A DNA stretch of 64,000 nucleotides, taken from Ylistrum balloti. Lineage: Eukaryota. Under the pieces are notes generated by a model that saw only the letters and a list, made by a program, of their open reading frames with translations, was not told the origin of the DNA and searched no databases. The translations under genes and the position numbers were made by a program. Position 1 is the first letter of the stretch. Each line of letters begins with the position of its first letter. Location of the stretch: NCBI RefSeq assembly GCF_031769215.1, contig NW_026781997.1, positions 62,001-126,000 of the forward strand. The letters are read 5' to 3'. Of the stretch, positions 1 through 13,059 are shown one piece after another.

Positions 1-1312
1 TCCTAGGTGTGGATCTTGGTTGGTTTGTTTACATTTGCGAATAATGGATTTCATAGTTTGGACTGCTCGTTCAGCCATACCATTGGATTTCGGATATCCT
101 GGACTGCTAGTCACATGCTGAAAATCCCATTCCTCCGCAAATTTAAGAAACTCCTTGCTACTATAGCAAGGGCCATTATCACTCATTACCTGTTCAGGTA
201 TGCCGTATCTAGCAAAAGTAGTCTTCATGACTTGGATCACCGCTGTTGAGGTTTGATTGGTTAGTTGTACCACCTCAGGGTAGCCAGAAAAGGCATCTAC
301 GACAACAATATATGGGGTTCTATCCAGTTCAAACAAGTCTGTTGAGACTTTCTGCCATGGTCTTGACGGTATTGGGTGTGACAACAATGGTTCAGCCATC
401 TGTTGTTTCTGGTGAACTTGACATGGTTCACAAATTTTCACCAAATTCTCTATGTCCTCAGTCATGCTAGGCCAAAATAACACTTCGCGTGCTCTTTGTT
501 TACATTTGCTCATGCCTAAATGTCCAGCATGTATTTTCTGTAACATGTCTTTCCTGAGATTTTTAGGAATTACCACTCTGGATCCCTTGAATACTATCCC
601 TTTAATCACTGACAGTTCATCTCTATAGTTCCAAAATGGTCGTATCTCATAAGAACAGTCACTGCGACTCTCTGGCCATCCATCCATAATGGTGTTTTTT
701 AAGCTAATGAGCACTGTATCTTTTTGTGTTTGTACACGTATCTCTTCAAGTTTACGATCTGCGACTTGAATATTTGCCATGACTCCATCAACATATACCT
801 CAACGTCATTCTCGGTTGTGGACTGTTCACCATGAACTGGAGCTCGCGACAACGTGTCCGCAGTGTACATATACTTTCCTGGTGTATGTAATAAGGTTAC
901 GTCATATTTTTGTACCCGTAGTCGGAATCGTTGTATCCTGGGCGGACAATCATTTAAACCTTTTGTAAAAATCGCTAATAGTGGTTTGTGGTCTGTTTCG
1001 ACCTCAAACTTTGCTCCGTACACATACTGGTGGAACCTTTCACATGCATAGACAACCGCCAATGCTTCCCGCTCGATCGATGCATATCGTGATTCTGTGT
1101 CCGTCAATGCCCGTGATGCATACGCAACAGGGAGCCACTCGGTGTTGTGCTTTTGTAGAAGTACTGCGCCAAGTCCTTTCTGACTTGCGTCTGCAGAAAT
1201 CCTGATCAACTTTGTGGGGTCGTAGTACTGAAGTACTGGACTGTTTGAGACAATTTCTTTCAAATTCTCAAACGATTTCTGATGAACATCTGTCCATTCC
1301 CAACAGTTTTTC
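1..1312 (-). pseudogene. pol: Gypsy RNase H and integrase core, frameshifted
   Basis: Manual minus-strand translation gives 'ADASQKGLGAVLLQ', 'PVAYASR', 'ETDHKPL', 'YTADTLSRAP' and integrase 'GIPEQVMSDNGPCY...SSPGYPKSNGMAERAVQTMK'. Confidence 0.9.
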
Positions 1313-2075
1313 TTATCTAGCAAACCTCTCAAGAGTGCTGTATGCGTTGACAAGTCTCTTATAAAACGCGCTAAGTAGTTGATCATCCCTAGGAAACGTT
1401 GAATATCGTTTTTGCACTTGGGGGTTTTCCATGTCTTGAATAGCTTTGACCTTTTCGAGGTCAGGCTTAACACCGTTCTTTGTAACTCTATCTCCAAGAA
1501 ATGTTAGCTCGGGCACAGAAATTTCACATTTCTCACGCTGTAGTTTTAACCCAGCTTCTCGCGTTTTATCTAACACGTTTCGCAAGTTTCTGTCATGGTC
1601 TGCCTGATCAACTCCCCATACTATGATATCGTCCATGGATGTATCCACGCCCCTCATGTTCTCATACAAAAGGTGTATAGTTCTATGGAAGATCTCTGGT
1701 GCACTGGAGATTCCGAATGGTAAACGAAGAAACCGATATCGACCATATGGAGTATTAAAGGCACATAATTTGGAACTTTTTTCCTCCAGTTGTAGTTGCC
1801 AAAATCCGCTTGATGCATCAAGCTTTGAAAAGACTGTTGCACCAGCAAACTTCGCCATAATTTCTTCACGAGTGGGTAACTTGAAATGTTCTCTACATAT
1901 AGCCCTATTCAAGTTTCTGGGGTCCAGGCAAACACGCAACTTTCCATTGCTTTTATGTACAATTACCATGGAATTTACAAATTCAGTTGGCTCCTCAATA
2001 GGTTTTATAACCTGTAGTTCCTCCATCCTGTCTAACTCCTGTTTCAACTGGTCGTGGAGTGCAAATGGTACCTTT
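1313..2075 (-). pseudogene. pol: Gypsy reverse transcriptase
   Basis: ORF 1313..2047: 'LRVCLDPRNLNRAI', 'KLDASSGFWQ', 'LPFGISSAPEIF', 'SMDDIIVWG', 'FLG'. Shifts frame into 'QRFLGMINYLARFI'. Confidence 0.95.
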
Positions 2076-3413
2076 CTACAGGTTTCCTACTGGTTCTGCA
2101 TCAGGTTTTAACTTAATCTTTACTTTGTCGGCAAGACATCCTAGCCCTTCAAATAAATCTTTGTACTCTGTGAAAATATCTGGTGATTTTACACTGTCCT
2201 CCTTGTCCACCATCAGTACCCGTTTGACAAGTCCCATACTGTCACACTGCTTTCTACCTAGGATAGGTTTAACAACACTGCTAGCAATGACAAACAGCGC
2301 TTTCTTTGTAAAACCTTTGTATTTTATGTCCAGTACACATTGTCCCTTGGTTGGGATAGATCCTCCATTGTAGGCTGTCAATTTAACTGTTGACTGGTGA
2401 AGTCTAATTTTATGACATTGCTTGTTGATCCTATTAAAATCTGCAATACCCATAATGTTGACATCTGAGCCTGTGTCGAGCTTCATCGGTATAGCACATC
2501 CATTGACATCAATGTTAACTATCCATGAATCATCAGTTTTGTTGCTGTCATGTACTGCATCTACAAAGAATTGTTGATCTGTCTCGACTGAGTGTACTTT
2601 CTGTTGGTGTTTTGGTTTCGTTTTCAAATTGTTGTTGTTAAAATTGGTTCTTGTCCTACACAGTTTCTGGTAATGTCCTGTTTTACCACATTTATAACAA
2701 GTTTTTTCCTTAGCTGGACATGGACTTCCTTTATGATCCATTCCACATTTCTGACATCGAGATGTATTATGTTGCGGGACTCGTGGGCCTTTTCCTTTGT
2801 ATGAACTCTGGTTGGGATTCTTTTGAGACTGTTTCTTTATCAAATCTACGGATTTCTTTTCAGTAGTGTTTTCTGACACGATACCTTTCATTTGTACGTC
2901 AGTTCTTTCCGCGGCTCTACATAAATCAATGCATTTATCCAGATTCAGCTCGCGTTCCCTTAACAGGTGTGCCCGGGTTTGATCTTTGCCGATCCTTTCT
3001 ATAATTCTATCTCGAATCAGACCTTCCTTCAGATTCCCAAAACCACAATCTTTTGAAAGAACTTTGAGCTCTGTTAGAAATTGATCAAATGTTTCTCCGG
3101 ATTTCTGTACCCTGCTATTAAACACATGTCTCTCATACGTTTCATTCTTTTTCGGAATGCAGTATTCAGACAGTTTCTGTTTCAAAGGTTCTATCTTATC
3201 CTTTTCCTCCTCTCCGAAGTTAAATGTACCTACCAGCTCTATAACTTGCTCTCCTGCCAGCGATAATAGAGTGGCACATTGTAGTTTCTCAGATTTCTTA
3301 TCCTTCTCAGTGGCACACATGTATAGCTCATATTGTTGTAGCCAGCGCTTCCAACTTTCTGAAATGTTCCCATCTAAGGAAAATGGCTTCGGCGCAGGAA
3401 AATAATCACTCAT
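2076..3413 (-). pseudogene. gag: Gypsy gag (two CCHC-type knuckles) plus aspartic protease
   Basis: ORF 2076..3455, probable start MSDYFPAPKP. Motifs LRDRI-like 'IRDRIIERI', 'CQKCGMDHKGSPCP', 'CYKCGKTGHYQKLC', protease 'LDTGSDVNI'. Confidence 0.93.
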
Positions 3414-3437
3414 CCTTGACGTTGGACATCTACTGTT

Positions 3438-3450
3438 ACTTCTGACACCA
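3438..3450 (-). promoter_or_regulatory. Primer-binding site TGGTGTCAGAAGT (tRNA-Leu type)
   Basis: Complementary to the 3' end ACUUCUGACACCA of eukaryotic tRNA-Leu(CAA); lies between LTR and gag. Confidence 0.8.
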
Positions 3451-3622
3451 TGCAATAACTCAACAAGTCCGTTTTAAATACTGATATGACTGTATTCTGT
3501 CTGATGGTCATTTACATGTGTGGTAGCCATGCTGACTATAGCGGAAGCGGAAGTTGTTGGGGAGCATCCCTTACTTAGATATTATATAGGGAGCAGTTAT
3601 TATAATAGTTCATGTCATTACA
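3451..3622 (-). repeat. Putative 5' LTR of Gypsy-1 (172 bp, TGTAAT...ATTGCA)
   Basis: TG...CA ends with imperfect terminal inversion, directly followed by a PBS. The second LTR is not in the window, so the outer boundary is unconfirmed. Confidence 0.7.
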
Positions 3623-3789
3623 AGTTGTAGTTGTATAACTCAAGTTGCAACAAATTAAAAATTCTTTAAAGTTTCTCATTAAATTCGACTTAAAAATAAT
3701 GTGCTTTGCATTGCAGACTCTAGTTATGTATTTTGTCTTTAACATCTGGTTTTTATTAGTTATTGATAGGCAAATTAAGTCAATAATGA

Positions 3790-4430
3790 CAGACTCTGTC
3801 TCATCCCATATCCACAGACAAATCTGCCTCTTAATGACAGACCCCAGTGTCTCATCCCACACCAACAGACAGATTTACCCCATACTGACAGACTCTTATC
3901 TCATCCCATATCGACAAAGTGGCCCCATACTAACAGACTCTATGTCTCATCCCATACCGACAGACAAAGTGGCCCCATACTGACAGACTCTGTGTCTCAT
4001 CCAATATCGACAAATTGGCCCCATAACGACAAAGTGGCCCCATACTGACAGACTCTGTGTCTCATCCCTTTCGACAAAGTGGCCCCATATCGACAGACAA
4101 AGTGGCCCCATAACGACAAAGTGGCCCCATAACGACAAAGTGGCCCCATACTGACAGACTTTGTGTCTCATCCCATACCGACAAAGTGGCCCCATACTGA
4201 CAGACTCTGTCTCATCCCCCTATTGACAGACAAACTTTCCCCCTTTTGCCAGACTGTGTCTTTATTTCTGGTTTTCATCCCATATTGAAAGACAAATTTA
4301 CCCAGTAATGACAGATAAATTAACTCCCCATTGACAGACAAATTTGCTCCATATTGAGAGATTTAGTATCTTATATTTTTCATCTCATATCAACAGACAA
4401 ATTTGCTCCATATTGACAGATACTTCCAGT
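3790..4430. repeat. Composite minisatellite
   Basis: Shuffled modules GACAAAGTGGCCCCATA(AC/CT) and ACTGACAGACTCTGTGTCTCATCCC, decaying towards both edges. Confidence 0.9.
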
Positions 4431-5223
4431 CATGAGGAGATAGACATGCTTGCCCACATTTTCAGGCACCCATACTCATAAGGGTTTCTCCAGATGCACA
4501 AATGTAGTATCGTAATATGTGGCACTTGCTCCACAATTTATGACATTTCCCTTATTGACTTTTGAGTTTTCATTCCAGTGACCAAAAATATGATCCCTAT
4601 AAAGTTGAGATTGAAAGTAAAAACTAAAGAAAGTTCAGATTAAATTTCATAATTTTAGAATAAACCCCCCTGTAGAAAATATTTTCCCACCCGATTCCTT
4701 GTTGGTCAAGAAAGCAGTCATAATTATTGAAGTGAGAAAAAAGAGGAAACAAAGCTGATCCCATTTCGACAAGTGACTGGTTATAAATGCAGATCTTGAT
4801 GTGAGTTTTCTACCAGAAGGGATCAGTTATTCATTTTGAGATAATCATTACAGAATGAACTATCTGTAGAATATCAAAAGTGATACTCTATCAAACAACG
4901 AATCACTTTGTAAATGAATATTTTCTAATGTGCATGTATGAATGAGATTTCATACACTGTACTGTATACAGTAATTACAAATAACTTCCTGGTACAGTAA
5001 AGACATTAGAGACTCATTACCAATATATAAATCTTTTATTTATTGTTTATTCGTGTACAATTTCTTACTCTCCTGAAAAACATTTCAGCAAAAAGTGTAC
5101 AAAAGAAATCTCATATTTGCAAAATTATAACCTACAAAATATTTTCCATTCATCTGTCATATAAACAGATCATACTTCACCTATACCATGATATACCAAC
5201 ATCGACTTTTTTAAGCAATATGA

Positions 5224-5770
5224 AACAAGAGATCCCAGGGAGATCTTTGCACCAACCCACCATTGGAAGATCTTTAATCAGATCTTAAAATATAGTCTCT
5301 ACCTTTGTTTTGTCTTTAATTTCTTACAAGTTTTAAAATTCAGGGAATCCTTTACTGGAACGTACCTTAAATTCAACATATTTATATTACTCTATTTTCT
5401 GTTAATCATGGTGTTTCTTTATAATAATTATGTAATGACTACACATGAAATATGAAGTCCCTCCACTACTTCTCAAAAGCTATTGATAACAAACTGTCAT
5501 TGTTAAAATCCAAGATGGCCTCCTGTCAGCCATTTTGTTTTCCTCAAATTGAATGGCATGATTGGCAACATACTAGTACTTGAAAATATCCACCAAATAG
5601 TTTTGGAGAATAGAGATAAACTTTCATTGTCAGCATTCAAGATATCTGACCAGTCCCAAAATTAAAACAGAACAACTTGTCTCCATTGGAAACGTACAAA
5701 TGAAATTTAAAGAAGGTTCATCCAATACTTGTCAAGAAATAGCTATAACACCTTTTCCTTGTCAAAATTT
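5224..5770 (+). repeat. Non-autonomous interspersed repeat, family A (Helentron/HINE-like), partial copy
   Basis: Head AACAAGAGATCCCAG(G/A)G shared with 46831 and 48981; internal AAAATCCAAGATGGC...CAGCCATTTTGTTTT shared with those copies. Confidence 0.7.
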
Positions 5771-7579
5771 GCTATGACTGCCAGTCTGAACAGAAACAAA
5801 ATCAAAACAGTAGCAAGGGGAACAAACATAGGGAATCTGAGAAATATTCATCCTGTACTTCTCAAGGAAGAGTGATAACAAGAATTGTTTGACAATAGAC
5901 GGACAGACCATAGGCCATCGACGCAGGACAATTTGAATAGCCAACCATCTGTTAATGTAGATAAAATGTCTGAAAAACAAACATCAAAATAAGCTTGAAC
6001 ATAAACTCCTTTACGAAATATATACATTTCTTGTATATTGGCATTTATATGAAGAGTAATGCAGAAAGAAAGTATGTAGAAAAGAATCGAGTTTTAGCAG
6101 TTGAAATGCTGACTTTCCTTTAAAGACCTTTTGTAGCTTTCTTTCATATGAAAATTTAATAAAAACATTGAATAGCAGAAGCAATCAATGTTCATGATGG
6201 TCACTGAGACAATCATACAAGCTCGCTTACTGGTAATTGGTGAAATATGTTGCAAGATAGCAAAGACCTTTGATAAAGTGACATTAACCTCTGGTCAGGT
6301 GACTCCTTGTTTATTTCTTACCACATTAATTTCATAGTCATCACAAAAGGTCCATCTGTGAAAAGATCACAATATCTGACCTTAAGCTATGATTTTTTGG
6401 CCTTGACATTTGACCTTGGTATTGATCAATTTGTCTGTGAGCCAAATATCTTTTGGCCAGGTTTCATATAAATAAGTCAACAGGGCCGAGTTAATTTGTC
6501 CAGAAACAGATAACAGATAAAGAGAGAACTGTTGTAGAAGTACAGCACATGTTATTTGGATGATTTGGATTTTACATAACCAATCATTCCACTTCCTCCA
6601 CACAGGTATAATGTGTAATAGAATGCTTACAAATCCCTCTCACAATCTTATTGCTGAAAAAAATCAAACTTACTTGGGGTTATACTACTGAGTATCTTTT
6701 AATGATATCATTTATCAAAATCGACTTAATTCTAAGGAAAATATTCACCATAATGGACATAAGGAAGCCAAGAGGTTAAGTTGAAGATTTTTTAAGTTTT
6801 TGTTAGAAATAGCAGGAATAATTATGTAATCATATAATGTAAAAAACATGTAAAACAACTCTATTTGAAACAACAAATACTGGAGTCACCCAATGTTTTA
6901 ACGTCAGTGTTCTTGAAGAAACATTACAAAAATTACATGGCATATCCATAAGTCTTTATGACAATTGAGGCATATTAACTAAAATAAACCCTTAACCTAG
7001 GGCTGTCATAGAATCAACTAGAAAGGAATTCTATGTTAATATGGAATTCATGAGCAAGACAAAAAAAATGCTGTAAACAAGGTGATTCTGATAAATGGCC
7101 ATTGGCTTAACCGGGTCCTGAGATTGGAGAAATATTCTCAAATGGGACAGTCCCTAATCAGCTGGATGAAGCCTGAGCCAAGAATTTTTTTTTTTATTTT
7201 AGATGTGTCCAAGCGCCAGATTAATCCTCCTCTTTTTTCCATCTTCAATATGTTTTTTGCCTGGGGTTTTGTCTTTTCTGAAGAATTCCTTGAAAACATC
7301 CTTAAGTTCTTCCAACTCTTTAAAGATCCACTTGTGCCTATTTAAAGTTGGCGCCTTCCTTTTGTCTGGTTCTGCAGAAATAAAGATTTTAATTGAAGGT
7401 TATTGATATGTTATAATAAAATCAACACAAGCAAACATACTACCTGACAGATCAATAAAGACAGACATAAAGTATAAAAGATGGATTTACTGACACAAAA
7501 GCTATGCACTAGACAGTAACCTGCTTATGAGAATGTGCTATTGAAGGAAAATGAGGTCAATGTGCTATTGAAGGAAAAT

Positions 7580-8135
7580 GAGGTCCACAGGCTTCAATGG
7601 TCAACTAACTGAAAGACCTTCAGAAATTACAAGATGGCAGCCATGCAAGCCATATTGAAGTTCAGATTGACCGAATAAAATAACAACAATTGTTCAAGAT
7701 CATCTTAGGCTCATATCAGGTAAGTTTCAGCTAAAACCTACTTCAGAAGAAGTTTAATGCCCTTTTTCAAAATGAAGTTCATGGCTGCCTTCATGGATTT
7801 TGGACCAGCCTGAAATAATTACACTTGGCCAGAACCATTTTGGAAGAATTTCTGTTAACTTACAGCTCAATCCCACTTACAGAAATTGAAAAGAAGTTTA
7901 AAATGTCTTTTTCAATATGCCGCCAATCTGAAACTTCAGATCAATCTAAAAAGTAACAACACTTGGTTAGACCATTTCGGGATTCTTTCAGGCAAGTTTA
8001 AGCTCCATCCCACTTGTAGGACTTGAAAAGGAAGCTTAAAATATGAAAAGTTTACACCTGGCGGACAACGGACAGAGGATGGTGCTTGACACATCCTGAC
8101 TCTTTGTGTCAGATGACCTATAAAGAGAGACAAAG
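7580..8135 (-). repeat. Helentron/HINE-type non-autonomous repeat in a YR1 intron
   Basis: Minus strand starts TTATTGGTCATCTGAC...TCTGTCCGTTGTCCG...TAAACTTTTCA, followed by degenerate internal units with CAAGATGGC(A/G). Confidence 0.55.
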
Positions 8136-10379
8136 TCTCTATAATCAGCTACCTAGATCCAAATTATTCATGGCGAATCTCCCCCATAACCTTTTCCTGT
8201 TTGATATTATTTATATACATACTACTTTTGGTGGGCTCCTCAATCTGTTCTAGAAGGTCTGGGATGAAATCTCCATCTTCTCGGCTGTCCTCTGTTTGAT
8301 CCAAACTTGCTTTTTCTGCATCTCCACCTATCTCTCCAAGATCTCTACTGTTTTCTAGCAACTCTGAATGTTGAAAGAATTATGTTTTTTAACAGAGGCA
8401 TATGCATTAAAAGAAACTACTTAATGCAGCATCGCATTGACAAAATTTCAATTTCATGGAGTTGAAGTAATTATTCTTAAACTCTCTAAGTAAATTATAT
8501 CATTACATGTAATCAATCCTAAGACAGGTTTCTTCCCTTTTGCAAGTTATAGTTTTTGTAGAATATTGTTAAGCTTTATCATTTCCTCATCAATTATTGT
8601 CATGATGGTAAATGAAGGTAGAATTGTGCCACAGTATCATAACTAGAACTATAAACACATTTGACCCTATGACCTTAAAAGGAGTTATTCATTTAGACAA
8701 ACTTATAAGACCTTCATCCTATCACGCTACATACCAAATATTAATGTTCTTTGCCGATCTTTTTTTTTCAAAGAAATTATTGAATGAAATGGTTATGCAA
8801 TAGCATGATGACAGACAAAGCATGATGGCAATAGGTGATATCAACCCCTTGGGTCAGTAACCTAAAATACTTAAGTTTAAAGCACTGTAGCATGACTTTA
8901 TTACCATCTAGCTGGATCTCCTCTAGGTTTTTTTCCCTTTAAATTTTCCAACCATTCTATTGTCCAACAGCAACAGCAGTTTTGCGATGTCAACCCTCTC
9001 TATCACGTCAGATGTACATTTATAGTGGATTCTGTGCACATCAAGTGTATGGCCTAGGTGATCCACCACCCACTGCTGCTGTTGAGGTTTTATTTCTATA
9101 GCCTGAAAAAATAATAATTACATTTTTTCGTTATCATTTGAAATGTTTCAAAGACTGAAGCAGATGTAAAAAAGGCATCCTTCCTTCCTGTTTTTAAATT
9201 TCATTGTTTTACTGTTCACAGACAAACCATTCTTTTCTTAGCTGAAAACCATCATACTCATTTGAAGCATTTATTCTTTCTATTTGTATCACATAACCAT
9301 GAACTGTAGTGCATAAGATAGTAGTTGTTCAAAAGTATTAATATAGAGATTGTTACTTTCTTTCTTACATTAACAAGCAGATGACCCCATTTCAACTGTC
9401 AAAATTAATACGAAACTTCCTGACCTCAAAAACCGAAAGGAAACTGCTCAATTACTCATTTGATAAATGTTATTAAATACAACCATTAAAATGCAACCTG
9501 TGTTAGAGTGGCCATGAGGCGTCTCATGTTTGTCCCCCTAATTCTTTCTGGGTTTGTAAGTCCTGCCTTCTCTGTCACAGATATAATAGCATCATATCAT
9601 CGGACAACACCACCTCCTTGATAGAAATAAAATGGCACATTGGATTTCTTTCTACACCACAAAAGTATCACTCATCAACTTCAAGGTGATATTAAGATCA
9701 TTTACAAATAGCAAACAAAATATTCAACATATATCAGTAAACACTGTACAACAGGGATAGCGTTTCTGCGATGATTTTAATTTCCAAATAAACCTTTGTC
9801 AACCATTTTTATTTGATACCATGCCAATATTGAAAAACACTAATTCTCAAGTACTTACTGTTAGTTGCAAATATGTATGGTTTGGAAGGAATTCCCACAT
9901 TCCTCCTTATCCCTGGGTCAGCTAGATATTTTAGAATCCTTCTGATGTGTGATGGCACTATCACTGGCACATATTTGCCACACTGTAATATGTAAAATAT
10001 AAAGAACTTTATTGACTTTGCTGAAACATAAAGAATATTTTTGGGACTATCACTTTTTCCTTCAGAACTTGGACTCATAGTCTCTTCAAGAGACCGATTC
10101 AAAACAAGATTCAATTTTCATTTGATACATTTGACAGCTATCTGCATGTCAATTAAAATAATACATGCATGTTTCACTGTTTTCAAACAGCTAAGATCAT
10201 GAGACTTCTTTTTAGATTTCTGCGCTAACCTTTCCTCTGTTTTCAATCACATCCTGTGATTCTACCAGTTTCTTCTCAAAGGAACTCAGGTTGTGTGCAA
10301 TCTCCTCAGATACTTCATCAATACATGTCTTTCTGTTTTCATAGGCCATCAAGCTGCAAGAACATAGTAAATTGAATTA

Positions 10380-10900
10380 TAACAAGAGGTCCAATGGCCC
10401 TGCATACATCGACCACCTGGTATTCAAAGTTTACATATCAAACTAATGACATACCTTACGTGTTAAAGAGGGTAGCTCCTAGATCCAATCATTTCCAACT
10501 AACTCCAAAACATTTACCTTACCAAAGTTAAGGATTCAGTTGATCATAAATTGCTTAAAGATTTTGATATTTGACCCCAATGACCTTGAGACAGGTTCAT
10601 CTGCTTTTTGTAGATATTGTCCGCTATGATCTAGGGAATGTACCTGCCAAATATCAGAAACTTGCCAATTTATTTTAGAAGCTGATAAGAAGTTAAAATT
10701 GGTGCTGGACAGACAAACCTGTAAGCCAAATTTAAAGTTGCAATGGCTGATATTTTAGATGACTTTGATGGGTCTCAAGACAGATTTTTTTATGAAGGTT
10801 CAAGATGTAATTATTAATTAAGAATTATGTAGTACTACCTAGACCACCACCTTAGCAAGGTGAACCAATATGTTTAGTATGAAGTTCCAGTGACTAGTAG
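10380..10900 (+). repeat. AACAAGAGG-headed interspersed repeat in a YR1 intron
   Basis: Head AACAAGAGGTCCAATGGCCC...ACCTG; internal TTTGACCCC/TGACCTTGA motifs. End uncertain. Confidence 0.5.
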
Positions 10901-13059
10901 AGTAAGAGATATGGACTGGAAAGTCCTTTTTCTCTTATATAGGTCAAAGTCAAAATGTAGGTCACCATGATCAAATTTTACACACAACACACCTACTCAG
11001 CAAGGCTAACCTATATGCCAAAGGGAAAGACAAGACCCAACCCAAAATTATATACCTGACACTATGGTAATTGCAGGAAAATATGATGGGAAAATAATCA
11101 TCATTATCAAGAGAATATAACAGAGAAATCTCCATACTTCATATAATCCAAGGATTAGACAATCAAGAAAATTACCCAAAGCGTTTCACAGTCACACACT
11201 CAAGGTAGGGGAAGATTCTTTTAATCCTTCAATCACATTATAATAACTTGGATTATAATACCTCAGTGCTTGGATCTCTCCTGGTCGCCGTCTGTTGTAG
11301 GTTATAAGCCCAGCCTCAGCCAGTATAACACCATTCCGAAAGTTCTCATATGAAGTGTCTTCTATGTTGAAGTTTTCCATTTCAGAACGCAAGTATACCG
11401 CCAGCTTTTGGACATCCTCGGGTAAAGGTAGAGGTTTATTCTTCAAGTGCTTCCTCTCTTCTAATGCTACTCTAGACAGCTTTGTTGTCCATTCTAATTG
11501 CATCAATTTTAGGAAATCCTTTGCCTCAGATTTCTTTATGTTGTCGCATTGCTTAATCGCATTGGCAAGCTTTAGATTTCCCATTCTTTTTAAGTCATAT
11601 GCTAATTTGATGGCATTAGATGGGGCTTCAATCTTCTCCTCATCATCCTCATCTTGTCTTGCAACTTTTAATGTAGCTTTTGCAATTTCAGTGAAATACA
11701 TTGGATGAATGTATGACTCAAGGTCCTTTCCACTGGCAGGAGTTACCATGCTGTTCAACTGAATTAGGAGCCTGCTGGCAAGTCGCATAACTGCAGAGGC
11801 ATAATATTTCCGCATTAATTTGTTACCAACGTTACGGCGCATCCACTGATTTCCTAAACCTACAATTAGTCTGTCCTGTCTTGCCAAGACACCAACTTTG
11901 TAGTCTTTCATGATTGGAAACACTTCCCTTACCAAAGTTTGGTCAGCCTCTCCAGTAACCCTTCCTGCTAATACAGCACTTTGAATGAGGAGATTTCCTT
12001 TTGAAACATGTACAGAAGCTGATTTCTTACTTGTTGTGCACTTGTGTCTATGTATATTTGCTAAAAGAATCCAAGACAGACAATTTGGACAAGGTCCATA
12101 GTTGGAAACACTGAATTTTTTCTCATTGCACCGGCGAGAAAGGAGTAGTTCTCCTTTCTTGGCTTTAAGCACATCTTCATTGTGCTGGTTGTTTCCTTTG
12201 TTTCTAAGATCAGTTAACAATAACTTTTTGTCTTTTCCTTTGGCACACAACAGCTGTTTTACAAGAGGTTCATTTCTATGGTGTTTTGACATGACATGCT
12301 GTGCAAAACTGGAACATAATTTTTTGCAAAAAGGACAGCAATTTCTGGTATTGTAAACACGGTCACTTCTTTTAGCCTTTCCATTTTTACTGGTTGAAGA
12401 ATGTCTAATTTTTTTCACAAAAATGCTTTAACAATCTTCATCTCGGAAAATTTCATCTTCATCAAGATCACTTTCATCCTCCTGTTCAGAACTGTCATGT
12501 GGTTCTGTATTCAGTGACAGTGGTCCAAAGCATGGAACATTTGGAATAATATCTGACAGATCTGAATCACTATCTTCTACAATTTCAGACCCTTTCTCCA
12601 CTTTCAATCTTTTTACTTTAAGTCTGGAAGAAGAAGCAATACCTCTCTTTGATGTAACGTTTGATTTTGACTCTTCTATCATCTCATCATCTTCACTAGA
12701 ATCACTTGAATATGGTGAATATTCCGAGACACTAGTTATCAACAGTGCTTTCATCAGACATTTCAAAACTTTGATCACTATCCATATCACACTCTAAGTT
12801 ATCAGCTGTTTGATTGTCAGAATACATGTATGGTGATAAGGTTGGATTTGGTGCTACCACAGCAGTTTGAAGGAAAGTAGTCATCCCATCTTTCATCCCA
12901 AATTCACCTTTGAATAGATAATTCTCACCATTGGAATCTTTCACACTCACAAAATCAGGAGACGAACTGAATTTAGAACTGGAATGATAACCATGTACAT
13001 CTAGTTTACTTGGCTGTTTAAAAGACACTGAAGAGGAAGGAAGTTCACAAGACATCAAG

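Larger units (their letters stand above)
1..3622 (-). mobile_element. Ty3/Gypsy LTR retrotransposon (Gypsy-1), degenerate, 3' part outside window
   Basis: Minus-strand order LTR, PBS, gag, protease, RT, RNase H, integrase (Gypsy order). Frameshifts near 2075, 1390 and 1230. Confidence 0.95.

Noticed and set aside
2060-2090. Programmed gag-pol ribosomal frameshift
   Set aside because: The break falls after the protease, has no slippery heptamer and appears to lose conserved residues; better explained as a small deletion.
1623-3405. Plus-strand ORFs opposite Gypsy, CACTA and YR genes (e.g. 1623..2111, 11355..11708, 14697..15221, 30558..31025, 37952..38242)
   Set aside because: Antisense shadows of real coding frames with no independent motifs.
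3790-4430. CRISPR-like array
   Set aside because: Modules abut each other with no unique spacers, there are no cas genes and the context is eukaryotic; it is a minisatellite.
11192-12418. Bacterial/phage integrase contamination or recent horizontal transfer
   Set aside because: The recombinase is split by canonical GT-AG introns at positions shared between paralogues and the introns contain animal-type repeats.
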